Shown here: piece after piece, positions 1-9,213 of the stretch | How positions within the stretch are numbered: position 1 is the first letter of the stretch | Layout of the letters: the number at the start of each line of letters is the position of its first letter | From: Amoeboradix gromovi X-113 | Lineage: Eukaryota > Fungi > Sanchytriomycota | Assembly (NCBI GenBank): GCA_018985225.1 | Contig: JADGIF010000005.1 | Coordinates: 16,304-48,303 of the forward strand | Direction of reading: 5' to 3' | Length of the DNA stretch: 32,000 nucleotides | Notes under the pieces: model-generated | What the model saw: only the letters and a program-made list of their open reading frames with translations | Told to the model about the DNA's origin: nothing | Databases searched by the model: none | Translations under genes and position numbers: made by a program

Positions 1-125
1 TTTAGCTTCAACATTAATTGGAGCCAAAATTTTGTACCTTACTGTCCAGAATCTGTCGAGTGTTATTACGAGGTTAAATTCCAATGAAAATAATTTTTTA
101 AACATTTTTGAAAATTACTTAATTG

Positions 126-854
126 ATGCTTGAAGATTTAATAGAAGCAAGTTTTGAAGAAAAGGAAATTAAAATCGAAAGAAGGCTACATATACCAGTG
201 ACAGATTACCAAGAATTTGCAGCAGGTGGTAAATATATTAGTCTGGATAAATTATTAAACTTGCATAGAATTCCTGCTGTAAATTGGTACACCGTTGGAG
301 TAGTCCAGATAATTGAAAAATCTTCTTTTGAGCTTTCAGATATGAAAGGCCTAAGTATCAAATGCATCAACCATATTGAGCCAGTTAACGAGGGTGATGT
401 TGTTGCCGTGTCTAATCCAATCTGGAGACAAAATCTCATGATTCAAGAAAAAGGAAATATACACTATATCGGTAAGACTGGAGCCATACGCTGCAGGCAA
501 TGTAAAAGACTAACTATAGATGTGCTTTGTTCTGTGCATTTGCGAGAATCCATCCAGGATCGCAAAAATGAACGGCAGAATGTTAAAACTTCAAGCTCAG
601 TATTCCAATTTGAAAAAAAAGAGTTTAAAAAGCCAGAAATTCTTGATAAGTCAACCGAAGATTTCTTTGATTACATTTCCAAGAAGAATGACAGAGTTTC
701 AAATCTACTAAAAAGACAAACGAGAGTTCAATCTCCAAAGAATTATTCTAATCCCATGTTGAAGCAAACTGCTTTTTACAAGATTCAGGAGAAAAAGAAC
801 TCTGCTAAAGCTGTTGATTTAAGTTCTGAGCTTTTGATTGATTTCGACGAATAA
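126..854 (+). CDS. MCM10: Mcm10-like replication factor (OB-fold + CCCH zinc finger), short form
   Basis: NWYTVGVV, GDVVAVSNP and IG..G..RC..C.....C..H match the Mcm10 internal domain. ATG at 126 (the ORF track starts at an upstream TTG). Confidence 0.7.
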   Translation: MLEDLIEASFEEKEIKIERRLHIPVTDYQEFAAGGKYISLDKLLNLHRIPAVNWYTVGVVQIIEKSSFELSDMKGLSIKCINHIEPVNEGDVVAVSNPIWRQNLMIQEKGNIHYIGKTGAIRCRQCKRLTIDVLCSVHLRESIQDRKNERQNVKTSSSVFQFEKKEFKKPEILDKSTEDFFDYISKKNDRVSNLLKRQTRVQSPKNYSNPMLKQTAFYKIQEKKNSAKAVDLSSELLIDFDE

Positions 855-1007
855 AAGAATACGGTTACACCAATTTAATTTTTTCATTCATAAATATATT
901 CTTCTACATCATCAGACCAACTAGGTAAAAAATACACAAAAGGCAAATTATATTCCGGTGACTTGGCAATAATTTGTTAACAATTTCTCTTCTTTATTTG
1001 CCTCTCT

Positions 1008-1821
1008 ATGAGTTTAGGACTGTTTTAGCCGGAAAATATATATCAATCCGAGACTGCACTATAGCAGGCTTGTTATCTTCAACGAGTGGCTCATTTCCAA
1101 CCTTCAAAACTTAAACCGGTTTAAACACCTAATGAAAGAGCAAGTCGAGGAGCATCCCATCCTGAAGGACCGTAATTGCATGGATACCACATCCTTGGAG
1201 CATTTGCAAGAGCAATTAAAGGAGTTCTTCAAGCTCACAAGATAAATTACTATGTGAGTCAAAGCAATGATTTCAGTTGCCTGTCGTTTTGTACATTATG
1301 GCAGAATACTCCGCAGAAAGCAACATATGCTGGAAACTTATCTGAAGATATGATCCAAAGTGATAAAAGCATTGCGCTAAATGTGAACACCTGCCGGAGA
1401 AGGAATAGATCATAGATCAATCGATGCTCCAAACTGCTAGCCTCTCAAGAATCTTCAAGGATGACCCGTCTCTGTAGTACAAGTCAAGAAGCCAAGAACC
1501 TCAAGTAAGCCATACATAGAAGTAGGCTCAAGGTACTTTATGAGTATTTAAGCGGTAAATCACAAGAAAATGGCGCAATGGACACAATAAATTTGATATG
1601 TGGATTCTTTTCTGTTGATACCAATCGCAGCCATAACACACCATTCTCCGTTAGACGTTGAAAACAGATCGTTAACTAAGACATGCTAGACTTCTGAACT
1701 TGATTGAATTAGGTATATGCAGCTGAATATGGCTCTAGATCAGGTCTTGCTCATCTTCTTGGATATTAGTAAGCGCACATGATTGCTTCCTAAGCCGAGA
1801 GTTATCAGTGACTTATTCAAG
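1008..1821 (+). pseudogene. possible highly decayed TnpB/Fanzor2 relic
   Basis: Broken + frames give RKIYINP, EEHPILKD..., DKSIALNVNT (RuvC-I-like) and KNLK*AIHRSRLKV in the expected order. No second copy in the window; motifs are weak. Confidence 0.25.
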
Positions 1822-2030
1822 TATACTATGATTTATGCCACTATACAGTTTCTGTATTGTTCATCACCAATTTTTTCAGTATGAATAATGCATTCTCGCT
1901 GAGATAAGATCAAAGATCTGAACTCGTAAATAAAATAAAGCGTACTGCCTGGATTCTTTACACAAGCACCTACTAAGAAAAACAGTTTATACAATAAAAG
2001 ATTTGCTCAAAGTGATTTACTGTTTCTTAT

Positions 2031-4151
2031 TTAAAATGTAGAGTATATCGCATTAGAGGCTTTGCTGCTATCAGTGCCCTTGCCCAATTTTGATAAAAGC
2101 GTTCTTCGGAATGGCGCAAAGTGCAAGACTGTAAATAATAATAAAGTGCTTGCAAAGAATCTCACAATCACAGAAAAGGTGATATCCCAGAGCTTGGGAG
2201 TATAATATTTTGCAACTTTGTCTACCGATTGAACTGTAAAAACACTAGTTGCTTTCGTATGCTCATATGACAATATTGTTGAGTTGATAGTAGCCGACCT
2301 TCTTCTCAAACTTTTCTTTGACTCCAACAAAACCTCTAAAGTACTGTCATAAAGAGTAGTGTCAAGTTCAAGGCTTTTTCCAATGTTTGTCACATCTTCA
2401 GTAGCTTCACTTTGGGGGACTGAATTGGCGTACGTTTTAGATAATGATTTCTTAATCTCTGCTAAAGTAGAGCTGGTCGCATTCTCAGCAGAAGCAATAT
2501 AAAAATCGAGAGTAGTGACAAACACTACAGTAGATTCAGTGGATTCCGTAGATTCCGTAGATTCCGTTGATTCAGTAGATTCCGTAGATTCCGTAGATTC
2601 AGTAGAAACGATAGAAGAAATATAAGCAACAGTACTGGTAGAAACTGGCGCACTAAAGAGATTATCTTTGACACACTTTGCAAAATCATTGCTGTTCGTA
2701 GACTTCAAAAGTGGATTTTCTGAGATGTTGCAAGCTACTAAATTACTGGTGCTGTTGAAAAAGATGTCGGTGATAGAGTTGTTCTGAACATACAAATACT
2801 CAGGATTCAACAACCATAGCGTGCCGCTAAAGTTGTTATCATATAGAATCAACGACTTAATGGCAGAAGGAATGCTTGGAAGGTCTCCAGTGAAAGTATT
2901 GACAGATAAATCCAAGTAAGTCATGTTGACAGGTATTGCGAAGAGTAGACCAGAGAGCTGATTGTATCCGACATCAAAAGTTTCCATAGAGATAGGCAAA
3001 GTCGATGGGAGAGTGCCTGTCAAGGAATTATGACTGATGTTGAGAAAAGATAAGCCTGTTGGCAGAGTGGCTGGAAAATAACCAGTGATGCCGTTCATTT
3101 CCAACTTCAATGTCGTGAGTAAGTCAGGTATACTGGCACTCTGTATTACACCATTTAAACCATAGCCTTTCCAGTTGATCTGCACTACACGACCTGAAGA
3201 GCCCTGGTCACATGTGACTCCGGAAGCAACACAGCAGTTGCCATAAATCACCCCCATGTTGCTAGGATTCACCTCTTGCATCCGCAATGCTCTGGCTAGG
3301 TCTATCACTTTTGGACAATCGGTGGAGATAGAGTAAGCACCATTCTTATTACATTTTGCAAGGGTTGGTGAGCTTATCTGTGCTAGTATAGGGTTGCTGG
3401 ACAAATCACAGTCAAACCAAGGGTTGGTGTCGGTACCAATGACAACGCTGGTTACGTAGGTACCTGGCATATGTATTAGCTTTGGTGCAGCCAAATATAA
3501 TGTGCCATTGAACCTGTTGGTTGGATAAGCATAGTTCAAATAAACTTCTGAAATGCCGCTCGGAAAAGCTGGCAATGGTCCCGTCAAGTAGTTTCTATGC
3601 ACTTCAAAGAACTGTAATCCAGCTGGAAGGGTTTTTGGCAACCAGCCAGTTAAAAGGTTATTCCTTATATAGTACGCGTAGATATTAGGAGGTAGAGTCT
3701 GGTGCATCTGACCAGTCAATGAATTTATGATGCAGCTGAATGTAACAGTGCTGGTAGGAAGAGTAGGGTACATATTACCACTTAAAGAGTTAAAACTGAG
3801 GTTTATAGTTTGCAGCGAGTCAGGCAACATCGGGATTCCCCCAGTTATTGAGTTTGAGGACAAATCTAACACTGTTAGCGCGTTTGGGACTGCTGTCCCC
3901 AAGATAGTTCCATCTAATCCCCAACCTGACCAGGTTATCTGAGCTACGCGCCCACTTACACATGTCACACCGTTTGCAGTGCAGCAATCAGAGTTTATGA
4001 GTGCCATGACAGCAGGCTGCTTTGTATTTACGTGCAGTCCCGTGGCAAGGTTGATGACATTTGGACAGTCAACCGATACGGCGAAGGTTGTTTTTACGAA
4101 CCAAATCATCAATAACATCCAAAGAGAAGTCATCGCGCTCGTGTTTGACAT
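2031..4151 (-). CDS. secreted/single-pass membrane leucine-rich-repeat protein with two Cys-capped LRR modules and a Ser/Thr-rich stalk
   Basis: Hydrophobic N-terminal signal. Two DCPxVIxLA...CC...GVTC...RVxxIxW caps, each followed by LxxLxLxxNxLxG repeats. (STE)n stalk and a C-terminal hydrophobic segment. Confidence 0.85.
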   Translation of the reverse strand: MSNTSAMTSLWMLLMIWFVKTTFAVSVDCPNVINLATGLHVNTKQPAVMALINSDCCTANGVTCVSGRVAQITWSGWGLDGTILGTAVPNALTVLDLSSNSITGGIPMLPDSLQTINLSFNSLSGNMYPTLPTSTVTFSCIINSLTGQMHQTLPPNIYAYYIRNNLLTGWLPKTLPAGLQFFEVHRNYLTGPLPAFPSGISEVYLNYAYPTNRFNGTLYLAAPKLIHMPGTYVTSVVIGTDTNPWFDCDLSSNPILAQISSPTLAKCNKNGAYSISTDCPKVIDLARALRMQEVNPSNMGVIYGNCCVASGVTCDQGSSGRVVQINWKGYGLNGVIQSASIPDLLTTLKLEMNGITGYFPATLPTGLSFLNISHNSLTGTLPSTLPISMETFDVGYNQLSGLLFAIPVNMTYLDLSVNTFTGDLPSIPSAIKSLILYDNNFSGTLWLLNPEYLYVQNNSITDIFFNSTSNLVACNISENPLLKSTNSNDFAKCVKDNLFSAPVSTSTVAYISSIVSTESTESTESTESTESTESTESTESTVVFVTTLDFYIASAENATSSTLAEIKKSLSKTYANSVPQSEATEDVTNIGKSLELDTTLYDSTLEVLLESKKSLRRRSATINSTILSYEHTKATSVFTVQSVDKVAKYYTPKLWDITFSVIVRFFASTLLLFTVLHFAPFRRTLLSKLGKGTDSSKASNAIYSTF
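2530..2606. repeat. 9-bp coding tandem repeat (GTAGATTCM x ~8.5) encoding (STE)n in the LRR stalk
   Basis: Units gtagattca/gtggattcc/gtagattcc are directly visible. Confidence 0.9.
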
Positions 4152-4503
4152 TCTTTGTTTTATATTTAGGCCGTTGGCAGATTCGAATTATGTTCTGACA
4201 CTAAAAAGAACCGCTGCCCAAATAATTGGAAATGGAAGATAGAGGAGCACGATTGCATCATGAAATCGCAATATCATTTTTTCGTTCATGCTCTTCCTAC
4301 GGTTGATGCTGTAATAGCAATCTTGTGACACAAATATACTGAGATCCAGGAACGAGCTTGAAGCATAAATATGAGCCTAATATTAAAACCTGCTATTAAG
4401 CTTTGAATTCAATATATTTAACATTTGTATGGATTCACGCTCGTTGGAAATTTACCATAAGATTTACTTAATTTGAGTTTCATTCCTCATGGATCTAGCA
4501 CGC

Positions 4504-5260
4504 CTCGTGAAAAGTCCTGATGAGCTGTAGATGCACATATCTCTAGTAAAATAGCTAGGAACCTGCTGTACTAATGTCAAGTAAATTTATTGTACAGTCC
4601 AATAGAATTCTGTTGCTGAAACTTCCATTCAGTTAATGTCCAGATTAGACTTCATAGAGCTCTTGCTTGATATTGTGATCTTAAAAGTCGGTATAGGAAA
4701 TAGCTCCGTCAGTTAAAAGACCTGGGTTAGCTATTCATTCTTCACCTAATGTTGACTTCCACGGTGAAATGAATAGACAATCTTAGGTCTTGGCGTACTG
4801 CAAAAAGGATGCGAAATGTCATAAATATGTCAATGAACTAAGCTTTTATCAAAAAATTTGATTTTAGGTCAAGACGAGGAAATTTATTCTAATTCTCCTT
4901 CAAATGCCATTAGTTGAACAAAAACATAAACGGCGTAAAATTCACTTCCCGTGGTTTAATTTGATCAGCGCGATGATAGGCACCACATCTGTTAATTATA
5001 TGCTGGTGTTTGTGTACAAATTACACTGGATGGTTGATAATGTGCATTAATGCAGTGGTTAGAAAGACTACTCAATTCTTAGCATGGCTTCTCTAGATTT
5101 CTTTCCATGCCCTCCAGGTATTCATTGCATAATAGATGGTGTAGCGGGTTTCATATTGTGCATGTGTATGTCTCCAAATTGGTTTTATTAGTAAACCGTT
5201 CATAGTATTCTAGAAATGTCTTTCCTCTTTATTAGCACTCCATATATTTGTGCACCATCT
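4504..5260 (-). mobile_element. degraded family-A IS607/Fanzor2 relic (right-end motif plus RuvC-II/zinc-finger fragment)
   Basis: 4504-4521 on the - strand reads ATCAGGACTTTTCACGAG, a 17/18 match to the family-A right end. ~5150-5240 on the - strand translates EC**RGKTFLEYYERFTNKTNLETYTCTI*, matching KCKQRGNTSVECNEAFT (23.3 kb) and KTNLETYTCTKC (14.95 kb). The intervening ~600 bp could not be aligned. Confidence 0.55.
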
Positions 5261-5376
5261 GAATATCTTGTTTTATGAAGTTTGAAACGTTTAGAATGCG
5301 ATTATTGGAGCGATGTATCTCGTTTAATCACGAATGCGTCATGCGATCCAAAACACAATAAAAATAATTAGCAAGT

Positions 5377-7171
5377 TTATTTTAACCCTAAATCTTGTGC
5401 TACCAGCTTTGAGCAAATTGAATGATACCTGTTTCTAGCCAGCTCAAATGTCGCCTTAGCTTCGGACGGGTAATTCTTGTTATATACGCGATACAACGGC
5501 CTTACGTACTTCATTCTTCCTTGATTTAACAAGAATGAATTCGCTAATGGTAACACTTGATCATATTTATGCTTCAAACACAATTTAATAAATCTGTACT
5601 GCAGTTCCAAATTAGCTGGTGGTTTCTCTACATAATTGAATTGAGCGCTAAACAATTTCACAAATTCTATATTCAATGGCCTGTCAATCAACACATCCAT
5701 CAAATAGATTTGTTGATCTATAGACAATCCTTCAAATCCTTCCAATGTTGATGGCAATTGAACCCACTTGTTAACTAGCTCTGTGACCTGGTTAAACAAT
5801 GTTAATCCAAATGAAGCTTTTACTGGCGGTAAGCCTTGATCATTAAACCAACTGTTGAAATCCACGGCATTTATCAACTCTAATTTGTGGCTTGCCTTTT
5901 CGCTAGTCCAAATGATCAAAAAATCCTTCCAGTCCTGTGCGCTTAACGATTTATATTTGAAATTGTTGATATATTCCTTGGAGTACTTCTCGAATAGGTC
6001 GTATCCTAATATGGTTTCAATGTGGTACAACAATTGAAAACCTTTTTCATATGGAACTGAGCTAAATGCGTCATCGGGATCAATTCCACTTAATTTGGGA
6101 CAAAGTTTTGTATATTCAAGCTCATTTGATTCAGTGTATCGGTTAATACTCTCTTTCATATCATGGTCACCCTGCAATGCCGCAAATTGACGCACATCCT
6201 CACCATGAAGTTTTCGAAGAATCGCCCGCTCGAGCCACACTGTCCATCCTTCATTTAGAAAGAAAGATTCCCAAGAATGATTTGTAACTAGGTTTCCAGT
6301 CCAACTATGCGCAATTTCATGAGCAACAACATCAGTGAGAGATCTATCACCTGCAATTAGTGAAGGAGTAACAAATGTAAGATTAGGATTTTCCATACCT
6401 AAATTAGAAATCAATACCTCCGAACGGGAATGAAAACGGTAAAACCAAGATATCGTACAAACCCCAGGCGTATGGAGTCAATATATCCTCTGCGGCTTTA
6501 ATGAACTTTTCAGTTTCTGCAAATTCATATGCACATTTATCGATAAGTTCCGGTTCAGAATAAACATTACTGCGGGGACCAATTGGTCTAGAAACTAAGT
6601 TTCCAACTGCCAAGGCTAATAAGTAACTGGGAATTGGAATAGATTGCTCAAAACTTGTAATTTGTTTGTCTTCCAGCTTTTCAGTTCGAATCTTTAAGGC
6701 TGACATTAAAGGAACAAGGAATTCATTACTGCAGTTCTTTTCAGTTACTTCAACTGTGGCGTAGTATTTGAATTTCAACTTTGGGGCATCAAAGCAAGGC
6801 AGTAGGGATCTAGCATGAATTGCTTGGCATTGTGTAAACAAATATTTTGTTTTAGACAATGTTTGATTCTTTGACAAAAACTTGGCAGCAGTACATTTGT
6901 CTGTCGTAGAATAAGTTATTTCGACTTTGTCTGTAGGTTCCTCAAAGTCAATCTGAAGTGGGGTGCCTAGAGCATGATGAGTTTCTAGCATACTGAATTT
7001 GCCGTTAGTGCTTTCAATCTTCAGAAAACTGGTATCGAGCGTAACACTCTTGGTAGGTTCGGATAGCAACCATGTACATTTTCCATGAATAGTGTTAGTT
7101 TCAAAATCAACCTTGATTGCCCATGTTAAATGAGATGGAATCGCATTAGAAAAAGAGCAAGGATCTACCAT
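5377..7171 (-). CDS. LTA4H: leukotriene A4 hydrolase / M1 leucine aminopeptidase, join(7171..6418,6398..5377), 591 aa
   Basis: MVDPCSFSN start, FTQCQAIHARS, PIPSYLLALAVG, HEIAHSW...LNEG zinc motif, SSVPYEKG and QGRMKYVRPLY. Removing the intron restores the FPFGGMENP motif. Confidence 0.95.
6399..6417 (-). other. 19-nt spliceosomal intron GTATTGATTTCTAATTTAG
   Basis: GT...AG ends with a CTAAT branch-like motif 2 nt before the AG. Removal joins the two ORFs in frame and recreates GGMEN. Confidence 0.9.
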
Positions 7172-7452
7172 GTGGGAAAAACTCTTCAAACTTTTAAAAC
7201 AAATGTCTCAAAATGCTAAAGTAATTGCTTTGGTACTCATTATTTGAGTTAAAAATTCTTGATATTCTTCTTGTTTGCCAGTCAGAACTTTTGTCATTGC
7301 TCAGTAGATTTTTTACGACTTTGAGATTGTTAAAACAAGATTCACACCTCGATCGACGAGAACATCATAGTGCAGATCTTAGAACCTTAAGAGATCGCCG
7401 AATGCTATTGTGCTTGCCACCATTATCATTTCAACTTTAGCATTATTGAAAT

Positions 7453-7859
7453 GGGACACCAAATTTAAAAACTAGACTAACTCGTTTTTAAAGAAGGTGC
7501 ACCATCGGAGGAAATGCTATCATTAATAAAAGATCTTCTATTATACCAGTTTTCTTTCATTGATTGTATTCCCTCTTCAAAATAATACTAGATATGAGGT
7601 CTTTGAGCATCTAAGCAAAAGGTGCATTTTCTTACTCTTATATATTTCTTTGAAGTGTAATAGTGATGTTTTATTTGAAATAAAGATTGGATGAAAGAGT
7701 AAGAGAACAGCTGTACAGAATATTTATTTTCCTTTTATACTCGTCAACTCCGCAACTAGCTGAATGTCCACTCGCCTCTTGAATCCATAAAATAATAAAG
7801 CTGAAATAATGATTCAAACTTTATCAGAAAGTTAGTCCAGTTTTTATATTTGATGTCCC
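7453..7859 (-). mobile_element. family-B MITE copy 1 (407 bp, 30-bp TIRs, AAAT TSD) carrying a Fanzor1-like C-terminal fragment
   Basis: TIRs GGGACACCAAATTTAAAAACTAGACTAACT (7453-7482) and 7830-7859 match at 27/30. AAAT at 7449-7452 and 7860-7863. Homologous to 18140-18566 (inverted) and 31779-32000. Confidence 0.9.
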
Positions 7860-7925
7860 AAATGTTCTTTAAGCAGGGTGTACAACTGATTCTGTATTTA
7901 GAGCACACTTAAGGAAACTGCAAGG

Positions 7926-8159
7926 CCTACGTTGAATGCAAATGTCTGAAATAAATCAGGTTTCACGTTTCTGGAGTGTAGATAACCTGTGTAGATGACA
8001 CTTAAGCATAGTTGCATTCTCATATTTCATATTTGTCGTCACTATCTTCACATAACAACTTCCCTGCGCATCATATTAGTTTTTCTTGCATTCGCAAGTG
8101 TTTCCTATGATGTTGTTTGACGTAGCACTCTGGTGATAATTGTTAGATATGGCCTTGAG
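7926..8159 (-). mobile_element. family-C IS607/Fanzor2 mini-element copy 1
   Basis: Collinear blocks shared with 24077-24491: GCCTACGTTRAATG, CAC..TTCT..AGTGTAGA.AAC.TG.G.AGAT, CATCATATT, TCCTATGATRTTG. The left boundary is approximate. Confidence 0.6.
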
Positions 8160-8261
8160 TAATTTTTCTGTGTTTTGCCGCCTCTAGTTAATTCATAGAG
8201 GATGTAGATAGTATCGGAAAAGAAAACTCACTTTAATGGGAGGATTGACTAGAAATAGTAT

Positions 8262-8948
8262 TTATTCGCAAAACTTGGGTGGTGGTGCATTTAATGGTAT
8301 ATTTCCGATTTCAAAATCGGAATTTTCAAATTGTAAGATCTCTTCGCGAGTTAAATTCACTTCACATTCAACTTCTTCGACTTCTACACTGGGCGCATTA
8401 ATAGCAAAAGTACCGCGCTGGAAAACACTTTGAATTTTTGGTGGGTTAATGAAACTAAAATTTTGAACGGATGTAGAACGTGGAGTTGAAGTCTGTAAAA
8501 ACGGTTTGGCTTGATTAGTAAAACTAAAAGGTATTTCTCGTTCATGCCTGTAGTCATTGGGCATATAATTATAAAGATCGTCACGTGGGTGATTGTCATT
8601 TCTGTATGTGCTTCTATTTGTGTTTTGACTAGCATTATTGCTAGAATTGTACCTATTTCCGTCCCTTGTTTGGCTTCGATTAGTATTTTGGGTTGGGTTT
8701 ACATCATGTGAAAATCTACAATTGTCACCAAATCTGCATTGTCCCGTCTCGGAAAAGTTACGACAAACCAATCGAGTATCGTCACCTTGATTTCTTCTAC
8801 TTGCTCGATGGTCTGGTTCTTTGGTAGCATATGCATAATTCTCTACTTCAACATCGTGGGAGTACCTGCAGTTTTCGCCAAATCGACAGGTGCCTGTCTC
8901 CGCAAAAAAGCGACAAACTCTCGACATGTTTCCGTTGTTTTGGGACAT
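8262..8948 (-). CDS. NUP42: Nup42/NUPL2/Amo1-like nucleoporin with two CCCH zinc fingers
   Basis: Two C-x8-C-x5-C-x3-H fingers. The C-terminus LTREEILQFENSDFEIGNIPLNAPPP matches the Nup42/CG1 Gle1-binding tail. Confidence 0.7.
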   Translation of the reverse strand: MSQNNGNMSRVCRFFAETGTCRFGENCRYSHDVEVENYAYATKEPDHRASRRNQGDDTRLVCRNFSETGQCRFGDNCRFSHDVNPTQNTNRSQTRDGNRYNSSNNASQNTNRSTYRNDNHPRDDLYNYMPNDYRHEREIPFSFTNQAKPFLQTSTPRSTSVQNFSFINPPKIQSVFQRGTFAINAPSVEVEEVECEVNLTREEILQFENSDFEIGNIPLNAPPPKFCE

Positions 8949-9085
8949 GCAATCTGAGACTCAGATCACCACGTTGAATCAGTACTTTTTATGGATGCGC
9001 ATTGCGGACTTCTCAAACGTTTTGTTCTTTAATATCCTTTTTGCGTACTATACTTCTTGTAGGCTTTAACAACTTCATCCGTTTT

Positions 9086-9213
9086 TATGCATCCTTGTTC
9101 AATCCCGCCTCGGGGTAGTGAAAGCATGAGCAATCACTATAACAGATTAACTAGCACAGCTAGTTTCTCTGTGGAAATTCTCCATTTCCTCGGAAATCAG
9201 GACTTTTAACGAG
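9086..9213 (+). ncRNA. family-A right end, putative Fanzor2 omegaRNA scaffold (copy lacking the nuclease domains)
   Basis: Aligns with 23438-23566 and reverse-complement 14763-14886. Stems TAGTGA/TCACTA, ACAGA/TCTGT, AACTAGC/GCTAGTT and ATTTC/GAAAT. Ends ...CAGGACTTTTAACGAG. Confidence 0.7.

Noticed and set aside
4504-4560. CTGATGA (4517-4523) with a nearby GAAA, resembling a hammerhead ribozyme core
   Set aside because: GAAA lies only 4 nt upstream and none follows a stem II, so the three-stem topology cannot form. The motif is explained as the reverse complement of the family-A right end.
5377-7189. Two separate ORFs, or a frameshifted LTA4H pseudogene
   Set aside because: A GT-AG 19-nt intron restores the frame and the GGMEN motif exactly.
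7225-7440. 71-aa + strand ORF, and the many short ORFs antisense to long genes (e.g. 17533-17919, 28580-29032)
   Set aside because: No recognisable motifs. Most are antisense shadows of real CDSs.
8939-8948. ATGTCCCAAA at the starts of the Nup42-like and Cdc6 genes and near 24055, resembling the family-B TIR tip
   Set aside because: The match is only ~10 nt, is explained by Met-Ser-Gln codons in two cases, and the rest of the TIR is absent.
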